From: Candidatus Stahliibacteriota bacterium
GTDB lineage: Bacteria > Hydrothermota > UBA3072
DNA length: 60,950 bases
NCBI GenBank assembly: GCA_030668705.1
Contig: DAOVFB010000001.1
Span: forward strand, 1 to 60,950
Direction: 5' to 3'
The notes beneath the pieces were generated by a model, which was given only the letters and a program-made list of their open reading frames with translations, did not search any database and was not told where the DNA came from. The position numbers and the translations under genes were made by a program. This document shows, in pieces, positions 45,066-54,422 of this stretch (positions are counted from its first letter, which is position 1; each line of letters begins with the position of its first letter).

Positions 45066-46634
45066 ATGAACAAGGTTTTTATAATAGGCCTTGACGGTGC
45101 ACCTTATAAAGAGTTTAAGGAATGGATAAAGAAAGGTGAATTACCGTTTCTTTCAAGGCTGTCGAAAGAGGGTGCTTTTGGTAAGCTAAGAAGTATCATT
45201 CCTGCGTATTCAATGCTTGCTTGGCCGGTGATATTTACTGGTAAAAATCCTGCGAAGATTGGACCCTTTCTTTATAAAGGAGAAAAGAGAGGCTTTGATC
45301 CGGACTACTTCTCTTCAGCGCAGTTTATAAACTTCACTGATATTAAGACCTGGTCATTATGGGAATGGGCATCTGAGTTCGGTAGGAGAGTTGGGGCTTT
45401 AAACATACCCATGAGTTATCCTCCCACGGAGGTGAATGGATTTGAGATCACAGGTTTCCTGACACCAAAGAACGCTGAAAATTTCACTTATCCTCCGGAA
45501 CTAAAAGGTGAATTAGAAGGCTATCGGATTGACATTGCTCTTTCCAGTGGTATGGGTTTCGGTGACAGGACATTGAATAAAGAGGCGCTACACAAGGACC
45601 TTCTTAATCTACTTGAAGAGAGAACTGAATGGACAATTAAACTTCTCTGTAAATATGACCCGGAGATATTTATGATGAATTTCAAGGAAATGGATAATTT
45701 TATGCATTATTTCTGGGATAAAAAGGATCTCCTACTTGATTACTTTAAGAGAGCCGATAGGAGTGCGGAAAGGATATATGAGGAGTTAAAGCCTAATCAT
45801 ATTTTGTTTATATCTGATCATGGATTTACAGATGCCCCAATAAAATACTTCCATATCAATCAATATCTTGAAGATAAAGGATTTTTAAAAAGAGCAGAAA
45901 ATGTTAAGGGCAGATTTTCAAACTTTATATATAAAACCGGTATAGAGACAGTAAAGAGATTTGGCTTCCTGAAGAATCTTTTCACTGATAGATTTAAGCT
46001 GAAGATAGTGAGGGAAAGTATAAAGGAAAAGATAAACTGGGATAAGACAAGGGCTTATGCCAACTGGTATGCAGGCATTTATCTTAACCCTGAATATTAT
46101 CCGAATGAAGAGAGTAAAAAGGAAGGAGCGGAAGAGGTTAAGGGTCTTCTTATAGATGCTAAGGACCCGGAGAATGGCAAAGCGATATTCCTTGATGCAA
46201 AGACAAAATGGGATTTATATAAAGGTGAATACTTTGATGAGATGCCCGATGTGGTATATACAACTACAAAGGATTATAAGCTGAACACTAATCTTCCCGG
46301 GAAACTTATCGATAAAAGGATCGACCGCCCTGATTTAGTGGGTCATCATGTGTCTGCCCTGGATGGTATTATTCTTATTCGGGGTGATAGGGTTAAAAAG
46401 GGTATAGAATTAGGAGATAGCTCTATTAAAGATGTCTTTCCCACCGCCTGTGCACTTGGAGATATCCCAATCCCGAAAGATGTTGATGGCAGGATTCTGA
46501 AAGAAGCATTAATTGAAGGTTCTTACAAGGAAGAATATAAAGATTTACCATATTCTCAGAAAGAGGCACATTATTTATCGGAAGATGAGGATAAATCAAT
46601 AAAAGAACATCTGAAGGGGTTAGGATATATATAA
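45066..46634 (+). CDS. Alkaline-phosphatase-superfamily protein (type I phosphodiesterase/nucleotide pyrophosphatase family), long paralogue
   Basis: 522 aa with FIIGLDGAPY, ISDHGF and GHHVS blocks. Colinear with 39259-40536 plus insertions. Confidence 0.75.
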   Translation: MNKVFIIGLDGAPYKEFKEWIKKGELPFLSRLSKEGAFGKLRSIIPAYSMLAWPVIFTGKNPAKIGPFLYKGEKRGFDPDYFSSAQFINFTDIKTWSLWEWASEFGRRVGALNIPMSYPPTEVNGFEITGFLTPKNAENFTYPPELKGELEGYRIDIALSSGMGFGDRTLNKEALHKDLLNLLEERTEWTIKLLCKYDPEIFMMNFKEMDNFMHYFWDKKDLLLDYFKRADRSAERIYEELKPNHILFISDHGFTDAPIKYFHINQYLEDKGFLKRAENVKGRFSNFIYKTGIETVKRFGFLKNLFTDRFKLKIVRESIKEKINWDKTRAYANWYAGIYLNPEYYPNEESKKEGAEEVKGLLIDAKDPENGKAIFLDAKTKWDLYKGEYFDEMPDVVYTTTKDYKLNTNLPGKLIDKRIDRPDLVGHHVSALDGIILIRGDRVKKGIELGDSSIKDVFPTACALGDIPIPKDVDGRILKEALIEGSYKEEYKDLPYSQKEAHYLSEDEDKSIKEHLKGLGYI

Positions 46635-46653
46635 AAATTATATATGAAAACGT

Positions 46654-47150
46654 GTGACGGGAGCCTGTAGGTTTACCAGAAAAGATTATTCTGAGGAACA
46701 TGCGGTTGTATTTACGCGCCGATACGATGAAGGAGAGCGCAAAATAAAAATTGAGAAAGTCCGTGAGCACTTATATGAGTTAGAAATAGCACTTGAAGAG
46801 ATTCAACGAGTTACTAAACCTCAGAGTTTTATCCTTATTACAACAGATAAGGTAGGCTTAGTGTAGGATCCTTACCCAGAAATATGTTGAAAAATTTATA
46901 CATAAATCTGCCAACTTCTCTGCAAGCCTTTATAAAGCGGGTATTAAAGTGGGCATTACCTTTCGAGAGATATCAAACACCTTTGTGTACGCATGTCAGG
47001 GAGTACACACCATCAGAACTTTCCCAATTCATGGAGGATAATGGTTTTTGTCTTGAATTTATGGATACCTTTCCTAACAGGAGATTTTTTGGTCTATGGG
47101 AACATCTTATTGAATTTTTGTTCAGGGGATACCTACGGATATACAAATAA
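46654..47150 (+). pseudogene. Remnant of a class I SAM-dependent methyltransferase (two fragments, SAM-binding N-terminus missing)
   Basis: The first fragment has LEEIQRVTKPQSFILITT, matching the post-motif-II RVLKPGG-type block. The second has HVREYTPSELSQFMEDNGFCLEF, matching the C-terminal H.R.FT..EL block. They are split by a stop between 46866 and 46884, and there is no GxGxG motif. Confidence 0.6.
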
Positions 47151-47157
47151 TCAGGAT

Positions 47158-48300
47158 ATGATAGAGATAAAAAAACCTTCTCTGTCGGTGCTCTCTTCAC
47201 TCCCTCCTGTTTTGGGTATAAGTAATTTTACTCTTTCAGCTATAAAGACGCTCGCCCAGTGCTTTTCTCTTCAAATACTCGCTTATTATCGATTTTATCC
47301 CCCCTTTCTCAGGATTAACACTGTTAAGTATGGTAGAGCGTTAACTTCAAGTAAAGATTTCGAAATACTTTACAGTTTAAGCATTATTAATCCATTCTCC
47401 TGGGTCAGAACATATAGGAATATTTCATCTCCTGTTGTTTTGATGGAATGGTGGAATGTTATCCAACTTCCCCATTATATTTTTCTGTCTTATTTATTGA
47501 AAAAGAAAAATATAAAAATATTTGCTGAACTTCATAATCCAGTATCGCACGAGGGCATTATTGGAGAAAGGGTTCTTTTCAATATATGGATGAGATTAGT
47601 TGATTTGGTAATAGTTCATACTGAGTGTTCAGGAAATGCAGTAGATCATGATTCAATCCATGTCATACCGTATGGGGTATATCCCTGCGAGGATATCCCT
47701 GCCAAGGAAGCGAGAAAAAAATTTTCAATTCCCAATGAAGCAAAAGTCCTACTGTTTTTTGGGAATTTAAGGCCATACAAAGGGCTTGATTTACTCCTCA
47801 AATCCTTTAAGCATATTGCTCGAAATGACAAAAATGTGTGGCTTATCATAGCCGGCAGACCATGGAAAGACTTTGATGATTATTTAAATCTAATAAATTC
47901 ATTTGGAGAGGATATAAGTTCACGAATAATCTTACGAGACGAATTTATTCCTGAAAGTCAAGTTCCTTTTTATTTTTCTGCTGCTGATCTTTTAGTATTA
48001 CCTTATAAACAATTTGATTCACAGAGCGGTGTCATAATGCTTACAATAAGCTGTGGGTTGCCTTATGTTGTATCCGATGTTAAAGGATTACGCGAGTTTG
48101 CTTTAGATAGTTCTTTAATCTCCAAAGTTGATTCCCAAGACCTCTCTTTTGTAATTGAAAGAATTTTATCATCACCTTCCAAACTGGAAGAACTTCATTC
48201 CGATCTCAAATCTTTGCGAGCGAAATATAGTTGGGTAAATTATGCCAGAAAAATAAAAGAGTTATGGAACATTTCTGTAAATACAAAGGAGGAAGAATGA
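47158..48300 (+). CDS. Glycosyltransferase family 4 (GT-B, group 1)
   Basis: FFGNLRPYKGLD, IAGRPW and the EX7E-like region PYKQFDSQSGVIMLTISCGLPYVVSDV are present. The ORF is open from 46993 across the pseudogene, so I prefer the ATG at 47158 (MIEIKKPS). Confidence 0.8.
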   Translation: MIEIKKPSLSVLSSLPPVLGISNFTLSAIKTLAQCFSLQILAYYRFYPPFLRINTVKYGRALTSSKDFEILYSLSIINPFSWVRTYRNISSPVVLMEWWNVIQLPHYIFLSYLLKKKNIKIFAELHNPVSHEGIIGERVLFNIWMRLVDLVIVHTECSGNAVDHDSIHVIPYGVYPCEDIPAKEARKKFSIPNEAKVLLFFGNLRPYKGLDLLLKSFKHIARNDKNVWLIIAGRPWKDFDDYLNLINSFGEDISSRIILRDEFIPESQVPFYFSAADLLVLPYKQFDSQSGVIMLTISCGLPYVVSDVKGLREFALDSSLISKVDSQDLSFVIERILSSPSKLEELHSDLKSLRAKYSWVNYARKIKELWNISVNTKEEE

Positions 48301-50684
48301 AAGAAAAATTCTTTGATTTATATGTTTTTTTAGGATATCTAATTTTACCTCTTATATATTTTCGTAAATTCATAACCGGTAAGGTGATGTTGTATGGAAG
48401 TGACTGGTTACTTGGTGTTTACTTTAACAAAGTGTGGATGTCGGAATTTATCGAAAATTCTCATTCAATTGCCTACTGGAATCCGTATGTTTTTTCGGGT
48501 AACTCGACAGTTAGTTCATTTTTCGGGGATATTATGACTCCAACCATGTTGTCACGGTTTATAATTCCTACTCATATAGTTCATGTTCTCACCTATGTAT
48601 TTATAATCTCAATTGCTTCCTTTGGAACCTATTTACTTCTTAAAAATATTGGAATTAAAAGAAATCTGGCAATTCTTGGGGGAATACTTTACGGCTGGAC
48701 TGGAGTAATAGCATCAACAACAGAAGGGGGACATCTTGGAAGGACAGTAAGTGCTGCCTTATTTCCAATGATTTTCTATCTGATTTTTATGGGCTTGAAG
48801 AAAAAAAGAATAAGGTATTTCATCCTAGCGGGTGGAACAGGAGGACTAACACTCCTTATGGGACATTTCCAGATGGCTTACTACTATGTTCCGACTATAC
48901 TGGGCTTTGTTATATGGTACCTGATAGCCAAAAGAAAAGAGTACAAGAGGAAGGAAATTATTAAAATATCTTCATTCCTTGTGCTTACCTTCCTTGTGAG
49001 TACAATGATGTATTCTTTTTACATATTTCCTGTAAAGATGAATCTCCCATATGGGGCAAGGGGTGCAAGCAGAGGGTATGAATATGCAACTTCCTGGTCA
49101 ATGCCTCCCGAGGAAACCTTAGGTTTATTCAATCCTTATTTTTCAGGAATTCTGGACAATTACTGGGGTAGGAACTACTTCAAACTTCATACAGAGTTCA
49201 CAGGTATATTGGTGCTTCTACTCTTTCTTGGTGGGGTGATATTTGAGAGAAAGAGGGGATGGGTGAAATTCTCTATATGGTTATTCGTCCTTTCACTACT
49301 TTTTGCCTGGGGAGGGCATACTTTTTTCTATAGAATTTACTATTACTTGATTCCTGGCATACAAAAATTCAGAGCCCCTGCTATGCTATTCTATCAGACT
49401 GTTTTTGCCATGGTCATAGCTGGAATGTTTTTTCTGAACGACCTTGAATATGATAGGAAAAAAGTATATTATATTTTTGGATTCTCAGGATTTATACTAC
49501 TACTTGCTCTTATATTCACGCTGGCGAAATCGGGAATACAGACAAACCTTGCTAATTTTATCTCCACAAAACTTTATTATAGTTACAGTAGATCTATTGT
49601 CCAAAGCAAGATTTCTGTGCTTTACAGGAATTACCCTTTGATTATAAAAGGGTTCTATTTTTCGTTTCTTTTTGCATTAATTTATTCAGGGTTCCTACTG
49701 GCGGTGTCTAAGAATAAGTTCAAAAAGACATGGTTATTTCTTGCTATCGGTGTGGTCTTTCTCTTTGAAGTCTGGCCCATTGAGAAAAAGTTCTTGAAGG
49801 CTGTTCCCCATCCTGATAAATACTATGCATCCGATGGTGTTGTAGATTTTTTAAAAAGGGATAGTTCCAAGTTCCGTATCTTTCCTTTACAGTATGAACA
49901 TGATAAGGATGGGTTGCTTGCACTCCACGGATTACAAAATGTAGGAGGATATGCTCCAAACCCGCTTAAGGTATATCAAAATTATATAGGGGCAGGGAAT
50001 TCGGTGATGTTTCAGCCTTCAAGATTAATCCTCAATCCTAAATTGATTGACCTTCTTAATGTAAAATACCTTATCGATAGCCCATTACCAGAGGATATTT
50101 CAGGATATCCGGAAAGGGTTCAAAATCAGATAAAACAATGGAAGAACTTCATCTTGAGATACAAAGAGATTTATAGAACAAATAAATATATAGTTTTTAA
50201 GAACCCTGACCAAGTTCCAAGGATTTATATGGTCCATCTCTTTAATATCCAGAAGGATTACGAATTTGTTTTAGGGAAAATCGGAGAGGATGACTTTTCA
50301 CCTCTTGATTCCTGCTATCTTGATGAAAGCCCTTCGTATCAAACGGATGAGAACATAAAGCATGAGTATTCAATAGATATTACATCTTATAGCCCTAACC
50401 AGATTATTCTACAAGTCAACTCAAATGCTCCAGGAATTGTAATATTCTCAGAGAACTATTACCCCAGATGGAAAGCGAGAGTAGATGGTAGGGGAGCTAA
50501 AGTATATCGAACCAATTACCTTTTTAGAGGAGTGGAAATTCCAGAAGGAAACCACAAGGTAGAAATGGTATATGATAACACAGAAGAGAAGAAAGGGATA
50601 ATCTTATCATTTATAGGTTATTTAATATTTCTTTCGGGTTTTTTCTTCCCACAGAGGGAAAGGGTTAAAGAAAGTTACTCTTGA
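48297..50684 (+). CDS. YfhO-like polytopic membrane glycosyltransferase
   Basis: About 795 aa with more than 12 TM helices, the WNPYVFSG motif and a large C-terminal extracytoplasmic domain. The ATG at 48297 overlaps the GT4 stop (ATGA). Confidence 0.7.
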   Translation: MKEKFFDLYVFLGYLILPLIYFRKFITGKVMLYGSDWLLGVYFNKVWMSEFIENSHSIAYWNPYVFSGNSTVSSFFGDIMTPTMLSRFIIPTHIVHVLTYVFIISIASFGTYLLLKNIGIKRNLAILGGILYGWTGVIASTTEGGHLGRTVSAALFPMIFYLIFMGLKKKRIRYFILAGGTGGLTLLMGHFQMAYYYVPTILGFVIWYLIAKRKEYKRKEIIKISSFLVLTFLVSTMMYSFYIFPVKMNLPYGARGASRGYEYATSWSMPPEETLGLFNPYFSGILDNYWGRNYFKLHTEFTGILVLLLFLGGVIFERKRGWVKFSIWLFVLSLLFAWGGHTFFYRIYYYLIPGIQKFRAPAMLFYQTVFAMVIAGMFFLNDLEYDRKKVYYIFGFSGFILLLALIFTLAKSGIQTNLANFISTKLYYSYSRSIVQSKISVLYRNYPLIIKGFYFSFLFALIYSGFLLAVSKNKFKKTWLFLAIGVVFLFEVWPIEKKFLKAVPHPDKYYASDGVVDFLKRDSSKFRIFPLQYEHDKDGLLALHGLQNVGGYAPNPLKVYQNYIGAGNSVMFQPSRLILNPKLIDLLNVKYLIDSPLPEDISGYPERVQNQIKQWKNFILRYKEIYRTNKYIVFKNPDQVPRIYMVHLFNIQKDYEFVLGKIGEDDFSPLDSCYLDESPSYQTDENIKHEYSIDITSYSPNQIILQVNSNAPGIVIFSENYYPRWKARVDGRGAKVYRTNYLFRGVEIPEGNHKVEMVYDNTEEKKGIILSFIGYLIFLSGFFFPQRERVKESYS

Positions 50685-51921
50685 AAAAAAGATAGTATGC
50701 CTGACTGACAGCATAAAAGAAGGTTCCTGCAAGTAATGATAACTCTACCCTGATCATCGGGCTCATTTCCAGAAGCACTACGGCTATAATAGCTACAAAC
50801 AGAGAACCTATGATAGAGAATAGTGAAACTCTGTATTTTCCTCCGGCAACGAGTATCCTGTTAATCAATCTGGCAAACATATAGAATCCAATCATTAAGG
50901 AAATAAGTATACAGTCCAATCTCTGAACCTCATATGACTTACCATAAAGCAATTTTACGATAGCTGGTCCCCAGAGTAAAAAGACAAGGCTTATAGATAT
51001 TATGACATAGAGAACAATAAAAGTGCTTTTTCTTATATATCTCTTTATTTGTTCTTTATTTTTTTCACCAAAAGCTCTTGAGATATTAGGGAAGAGACTC
51101 GTAAACAAAGCAATCAAGATACCTCTCATCAAATTTAAGGGCATGAAAATGGCGATATAGAGCCCGTTGTAAAAATTGGCATTCTCACCGCCGAGCAGTT
51201 TGAGCATCAAGGGGCCCAGCCTTAACAGAAAAATTCCGAAAAAATTCAAGAGGCTTATTTCGATAATAAATAACTCTAATCCCTTTATCGGCTTTTGCTT
51301 ACCGCTTATTGAAAACCAGTTTCTTGAAAAGGTCAAAACAAGTAGAATTAGTAAAGGAATGACAGGACTTAAAGCAATTCCTGCCCCTGTTGATACAGCA
51401 CTCTTTTCTATCATTAATCCAATGATAATGCCGATGAGAAGAAATATTCGATGAGAAACAAGGAATAAGGAAACAAGGTGGAATTCTCTTCGCCCTTCGA
51501 CTACTGAAAGAAAAAATCGAAAACTTGATAAGAGTAGCACTCCCAGAATGAATTCGAATAGTAAAATCAAGTTATCGTCAAATAACTTGAGTGATATCGG
51601 CTGTGAGAGGGACAATGAGATTAAAAGAAATAAGCCTGCAAGGATTGAAAAGATTAGTGTGGATTTTTTATAAACCGTGTTTAATGCTTCTTCATCTCCA
51701 ATAGCCTGATAATATGGAATATTTTTCATAAGGGTATCTCTTGCCCCCGAAGATAATACGATCTTGAATGTCATGATGAGCGAATAGAGTAGGCTCAGAA
51801 GACCGAATTTCGAAGGGCCAAGAAAACGCGCTGCAATTACCTGAAATAGGAAAATGAAGAATGCAGCTCCATACTGTCCAAAAATGTTGAATATTGTCCC
51901 TTTTCTAACTCCCTGTGCCAT
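50665..51921 (-). CDS. MOP-superfamily polysaccharide flippase (Wzx-like)
   Basis: About 418 aa with 12-14 TM helices. I chose the ATG at 51921 (MAQGVRKGTIFNIFGQ) because of the abutting promoter. The ORF is open to a TTG at 51945. Confidence 0.75.
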   Translation of the reverse strand: MAQGVRKGTIFNIFGQYGAAFFIFLFQVIAARFLGPSKFGLLSLLYSLIMTFKIVLSSGARDTLMKNIPYYQAIGDEEALNTVYKKSTLIFSILAGLFLLISLSLSQPISLKLFDDNLILLFEFILGVLLLSSFRFFLSVVEGRREFHLVSLFLVSHRIFLLIGIIIGLMIEKSAVSTGAGIALSPVIPLLILLVLTFSRNWFSISGKQKPIKGLELFIIEISLLNFFGIFLLRLGPLMLKLLGGENANFYNGLYIAIFMPLNLMRGILIALFTSLFPNISRAFGEKNKEQIKRYIRKSTFIVLYVIISISLVFLLWGPAIVKLLYGKSYEVQRLDCILISLMIGFYMFARLINRILVAGGKYRVSLFSIIGSLFVAIIAVVLLEMSPMIRVELSLLAGTFFYAVSQAYYLFFKSNFL

Positions 51922-51955
51922 ATTGAAAGTATATATGTGTCCCAAAGATTGTCAA
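51922..51955 (-). promoter_or_regulatory. Sigma70-type promoter in the leaderless layout for the flippase gene
   Basis: On the minus strand: TTGACA (51955-51950), 16-nt spacer, TATACT (51933-51928), 6 nt, then ATG at 51921. Confidence 0.55.
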
Positions 51956-51976
51956 CCTTGGGACAAAGCCTAAACT

Positions 51977-53698
51977 TCAATAAATCAGATTAAGTATCCA
52001 GCCTACGAAGAATGCGGATACAACCATTATAATAGCTGATTTCAGCATATCCCAGAATCCAAGTTCTTTGGTAAGAACTACAAATGTGGCCACACAGGGG
52101 AAGTACATTGTAAGGACTACAGAAGCAGTAACAAGTTGCCCCATCGATAAGCCAAGAGGTGCGAGCATTCCTACGGCAACATCTTTTCGCAGGAATCCGA
52201 TGAGAAGTGCAGCGATTGCCGCTGGTGGCAGCCCCAATATCTTTGATAGACCAGGACCAAAGATTCTTGAGAGGAAATCTATAACGCCAAGAGTGTATAA
52301 AAGATTAACAAGTAAAACCCCGAGTAAAACAAAGGGCAGGGCTTCTTTTAAGAACCATTGGACCCGCATCCATACCTTTTTAAAAAGAGAGGTGAAATAA
52401 GGAAATCTATAGGGAGGTATCTCCGTAAAGATTTCAGGACTCTCTCCGCGCACGAATTTTGCCATTATTTTACCGAGAACGAACCATACGATAAATAGAG
52501 TTCCGAATAACGGAGCAAAACCACGGAATCCATATTTGCCCAGAAGTCCGAAGATCATGGCAATCTGTGCCATACAGGGCACTGCTATTGCCATGACGGT
52601 TCCTGAGATGAAACGTTCTTTTCTTGTTTCCATTATCCGGGTTGCAAGAGCTCCGGGTACATTGCAACCGAGACCAAGCAGCATTGGAATGAAACCCATT
52701 CCATGAATACCAATCTGATGCATCAATCTATCAAGTAGGATTGCAAGTCTCGGCAGGTAACCTATGTCTTCGAGAAGAGAAAGAATAAGATAGAAACTGA
52801 ATATGTATGGAAGCACTGCCCCTATTGGTATATATAATCCGGTGCTTAAGATCCCGAAGGATTGGAAGAAATCAATCTCTCCATTTACTAAATTACCAAT
52901 CAAAATATTATGCCAGAAGCCGGAATGGGTTAAGAGGGTTGAAATTTTCATCAATACCGGAGCCCAGAGGTTGTTAAATAAGGGTTCAAAAACCCACCCG
53001 ATAAGGCCTTCTCCTATAAAGCGTATAACATAGAAGGAAACAAATAGAACTATGAGAGCGATAGGGAATCCTGCTACGGGATGAGTTGATGCTTCCTCTA
53101 ATCCCTGCAGGAATGTATGATGGTGATGCTTTACAGTTTGTATCTCTTCTACTATGTTTCCAATTGTATTCCATCTTTGTTCTTTAGGGACATTAAAATC
53201 CGAGGGTTTAGCATTGTTTAAATTTTCCTTGAGTTCTTTTATGCCCTTACCGGTAATACCTACGGTGGTAATAACCTTAACATTGAGTAGATTGCCTAAT
53301 CTATCTACATCTATTGTTATTCCCTTATGTGCAGTCTCGTCCCAGAAATTCAGGACAACAATAGTCGGGAATCCTGCCGAGAGAAGTTCGAGTGTAAGAT
53401 TCAAATTCCTCTCAAGATTTGTCGAGTCTACTATATTAACTACCACTGTTTCTTTAGGATCATTTTCCTTTAAAAGGTTTGCCGCCACTTTTTCTGCGGG
53501 TGAATCAGGATCAAGTGTATAAGTCCCGGGCGCATCTATCACTTCTACCTTTTTGCCATCCAATCTGATCGAACCTTTAGTAAATTCCACAGTTGTTCCC
53601 GGGTAGTTTGAAACGATGACACGAACACTGGTTAAGCGGGTAAATATTGCACTCTTTCCGACATTTGGATTTCCCATGAGGAGAATTTTCCTAATCAC
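51977..53698 (-). CDS. feoB: Ferrous iron transporter FeoB
   Basis: 573 aa with an N-terminal G-domain (GNPNVGKS, DAPG) followed by polytopic gate motifs. Confidence 0.93.
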   Translation of the reverse strand: MIRKILLMGNPNVGKSAIFTRLTSVRVIVSNYPGTTVEFTKGSIRLDGKKVEVIDAPGTYTLDPDSPAEKVAANLLKENDPKETVVVNIVDSTNLERNLNLTLELLSAGFPTIVVLNFWDETAHKGITIDVDRLGNLLNVKVITTVGITGKGIKELKENLNNAKPSDFNVPKEQRWNTIGNIVEEIQTVKHHHHTFLQGLEEASTHPVAGFPIALIVLFVSFYVIRFIGEGLIGWVFEPLFNNLWAPVLMKISTLLTHSGFWHNILIGNLVNGEIDFFQSFGILSTGLYIPIGAVLPYIFSFYLILSLLEDIGYLPRLAILLDRLMHQIGIHGMGFIPMLLGLGCNVPGALATRIMETRKERFISGTVMAIAVPCMAQIAMIFGLLGKYGFRGFAPLFGTLFIVWFVLGKIMAKFVRGESPEIFTEIPPYRFPYFTSLFKKVWMRVQWFLKEALPFVLLGVLLVNLLYTLGVIDFLSRIFGPGLSKILGLPPAAIAALLIGFLRKDVAVGMLAPLGLSMGQLVTASVVLTMYFPCVATFVVLTKELGFWDMLKSAIIMVVSAFFVGWILNLIY

Positions 53699-54021
53699 TC
53701 GAGCTCCTCTACTTTAATAGCTGTTGCCATAAAGGGACCAATTGCAAGCCGCATCCTTCCTATTTCCACGACTATAGGCCCTCTGAAGGCCTGCTGGGAG
53801 ACTTTTCTAATAATAGTTCCCTCTCTAATTCCCATATCCCCCAATCTTTTTTGTATTCTAAGGCCCCTTCTACTCCCCATATGTCTTGGCATTGCATGTC
53901 TTGACATTCTGTGTGCTCCTCGTCCCATTCCCATATGTCTCTGGGCTCTCTGTGCTCTCCCTCCTGCCTCAATACTTATTACTTTAAGAGCGACATGCTG
54001 CTTTGCCTCTACCAGGTTCAT
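53695..54021 (-). CDS. feoA: FeoA-family protein carrying a ~30-aa Arg/His/Met-rich insertion
   Basis: The FeoA SH3-like core is LKVISIEAGG...GLRIQKRLGDMGIREGTIIRKV...GPIVVEIGRMRLAIG...A..IKVE. It is interrupted by RAQRAQRHMGMGRGAHRMSRHAMPRHMGSRR. Confidence 0.8.
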   Translation of the reverse strand: MNLVEAKQHVALKVISIEAGGRAQRAQRHMGMGRGAHRMSRHAMPRHMGSRRGLRIQKRLGDMGIREGTIIRKVSQQAFRGPIVVEIGRMRLAIGPFMATAIKVEELE

Positions 54022-54419
54022 CTACTTTTCCTTTTTTTATTCTTTGACTTCATAAAGGAAATTATTCTTTCCAGTGTATGATTGGATATATCGTGTTCGA
54101 TTCTGCAGGCTTCTTCATCTGCGGTTTTTTCATCTACTCCTAACCCATTTATTAAAAAATCCCTTATTATGTGGTGTTTCCGTAAGATCTCCCTGCCAAT
54201 CTTTCCTCCACTTTCTGTTAATTCAATGTAACCATATTTTTTATGTTTCAGTAATCCTGCTTCAGTGAGGATATTAACGGCATAATTTACACTTGCAAGT
54301 GAAACATTTAGCTGTTTTGCTATACTTTTTACCCGTGCTACTTTTTCTTCTTTGCATATCTGATATATTGTTTCTAAATAATCTTCCTTACTCTCAGTTA
54401 ACTCCATATTATCTCCCAT
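54018..54419 (-). CDS. DtxR/MntR-family metal-dependent transcriptional repressor (no SH3-like third domain)
   Basis: 133 aa with the wHTH block EDYLETIY...ARVKSIAKQLNVSLASVNYAVNIL and the metal/dimerisation helix HH.IRDFL...E..AC..EH. First gene of the feoAB operon. Confidence 0.88.
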   Translation of the reverse strand: MGDNMELTESKEDYLETIYQICKEEKVARVKSIAKQLNVSLASVNYAVNILTEAGLLKHKKYGYIELTESGGKIGREILRKHHIIRDFLINGLGVDEKTADEEACRIEHDISNHTLERIISFMKSKNKKRKSR

Positions 54420-54422
54420 TAA

